37,966 nt of DNA from Octopus bimaculoides (Eukaryota), in NCBI RefSeq assembly GCF_001194135.2, contig NC_068984.1, positions 13,174,374 to 13,212,339 on the forward strand, read 5' to 3'. Below the pieces are notes generated by a model. The model had not been told where the DNA came from. It worked only from the letters and a program-made list of their open reading frames with translations, and made no database searches. Below, one piece after another: positions 36,690 through 37,966 of the stretch (the first letter of the stretch is position 1; the number at the start of each line of letters is the position of its first letter). The position numbers and the translations under genes were made by a program.

Positions 36690-37425
36690 AGCGTCAACAA
36701 CATGTCTATATCAAGTGGATAAAACATATTTATAAAAATTATTAAAAACGAAATATAAATGATATTTTCGACTCTATGCTATTCAGTATTATTCCAGAAA
36801 TTTTTAGAGAGTATTAGTTTTTGTGTGAAAGATATCAGATATGAATGTGTATAAAACAAAGAAAGAAAGAATGAAAGAAAGAAAGAAGCAAACAAACAAA
36901 CGCACAGACATTGAAAATATACAAAACAATATTATGAAGAAAGAAAGTTATATAAATAAATGAAAAAAAAATTTGTTGTTTAAATTTGATTTGAATGGAG
37001 TAGGCGGAAAAAATAAATGAATAAATAAAATAACGATATAACAAAACTAAAGAGAGTATGTTTAAAAACAAGGCGAAAAATAACTAAATAAAATAAATAA
37101 TATATAATATTAGATAGCAAGCAATCAATTGAACAGTACAAATAATAAATCGAATCCGTTTTCTTATAGAACACTTGAGTTTTCTTCGTAACCTGGCAAA
37201 CATTTCTCTTCCTATTTATTTAGTTCTGACAAAGCTGCCATTTTTCGTTGTAGCTTTCAGTAAGATATTGCTAACAAAGCCCTGAATACTAAGAATTATC
37301 GATTAATTTATCTGTGAAAAAAGTGGGCGATTTGGATTATGACAGCAGCTGCTGGTATTTCGTTGGGTAAGAAGAAGCATCGATTAGTTATGTTTTAACG
37401 TAGATAAAATAGCTGTTGCTTTCAG

Positions 37426-37449
37426 TTGTGATGGATAGCAGCGTCCGAG
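37426..37449 (+). other. Candidate 24-nt microexon (unverified)
   Basis: gttgctttcAG|TTGTGATGGATAGCAGCGTCCGAG|GTAAGG. Only one frame is open (xVMDSSVRx). Confidence 0.25.
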
Positions 37450-37553
37450 GTAAGGAGCCGAATGTCCGGTGAATGTGTTAGCAACATAACAATGCAACTA
37501 AGAATTGAGATATAAAAGCACGAAGGTGGTTTAAAGGGGTGGATTAAATAATG

Positions 37554-37603
<50 letters not shown>

Positions 37604-37756
37604 AGCGGTTACGTATGTGCGTATGTAAATATATATGATTATAGATATATTGTTATATATAGACGTTGATACAGGGTTAATGCTTACAGTTCTGTAAATA
37701 CATAAGTAGATATAGTCGATATATGATAGTCAGTATAATAAATTATGTACACCGAT

Positions 37757-37768
37757 CTATCTCTCTAA

Positions 37769-37836
<68 letters not shown>

Positions 37837-37966
37837 AGATACGAATACACACACACACACATATATATATATATATCTATATATATATATATTTAAAGAA
37901 AAATATACATATATTTACATAAATATACATACATGCATACATACATACATGCATATATATATATAT
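37757..37966. repeat. (TATC)n, (CA)n, (TA)n and (TACA)n microsatellites
   Basis: Seen directly in the sequence. Confidence 0.95.

Larger units (their letters stand above)
35329..37294. repeat. 159-bp inverted repeat pair (35329-35487 and 37136-37294), possible TIRs of a 2-kb element
   Basis: The outer 77 bp match at 76/77 in reverse complement. The inner 82 bp have about 13 mismatches. Confidence 0.85.

Overview
AT-rich, gap-ridden animal genomic DNA made mostly of microsatellites and decayed transposable elements. It is most likely Octopus (inferred from the SINE families and the repeat density). It reads as intronic or intergenic: no host protein-coding gene can be called with confidence, and most of the ORF track comes from microsatellites and N-runs. 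Supported features: an internally deleted hAT (Charlie/Buster-type) transposon, a D,D34D mariner remnant, a CMC/Chapaev3-like transposon remnant, a CR1-group LINE RT fragment interrupted by a 521-bp TIR element, an RTE-clade LINE 3' end, a Helentron-type non-autonomous element, about 20 copies from three tRNA-derived SINE families, and 11 assembly gaps. The most interesting signals are (1) type-I hammerhead-ribozyme-like folds in three unrelated short repeats, all with one extra nucleotide after the CUGANGA-type core, (2) a 159-bp inverted repeat pair whose outer 77 bp are 99% identical, enclosing 1.65 kb of repeat cargo, (3) repeated SINE dimer and same-site reinsertion patterns, and (4) a frame-preserving 24-nt microexon candidate. 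All alignments and folds were done by eye and family names are from memory of consensus motifs.
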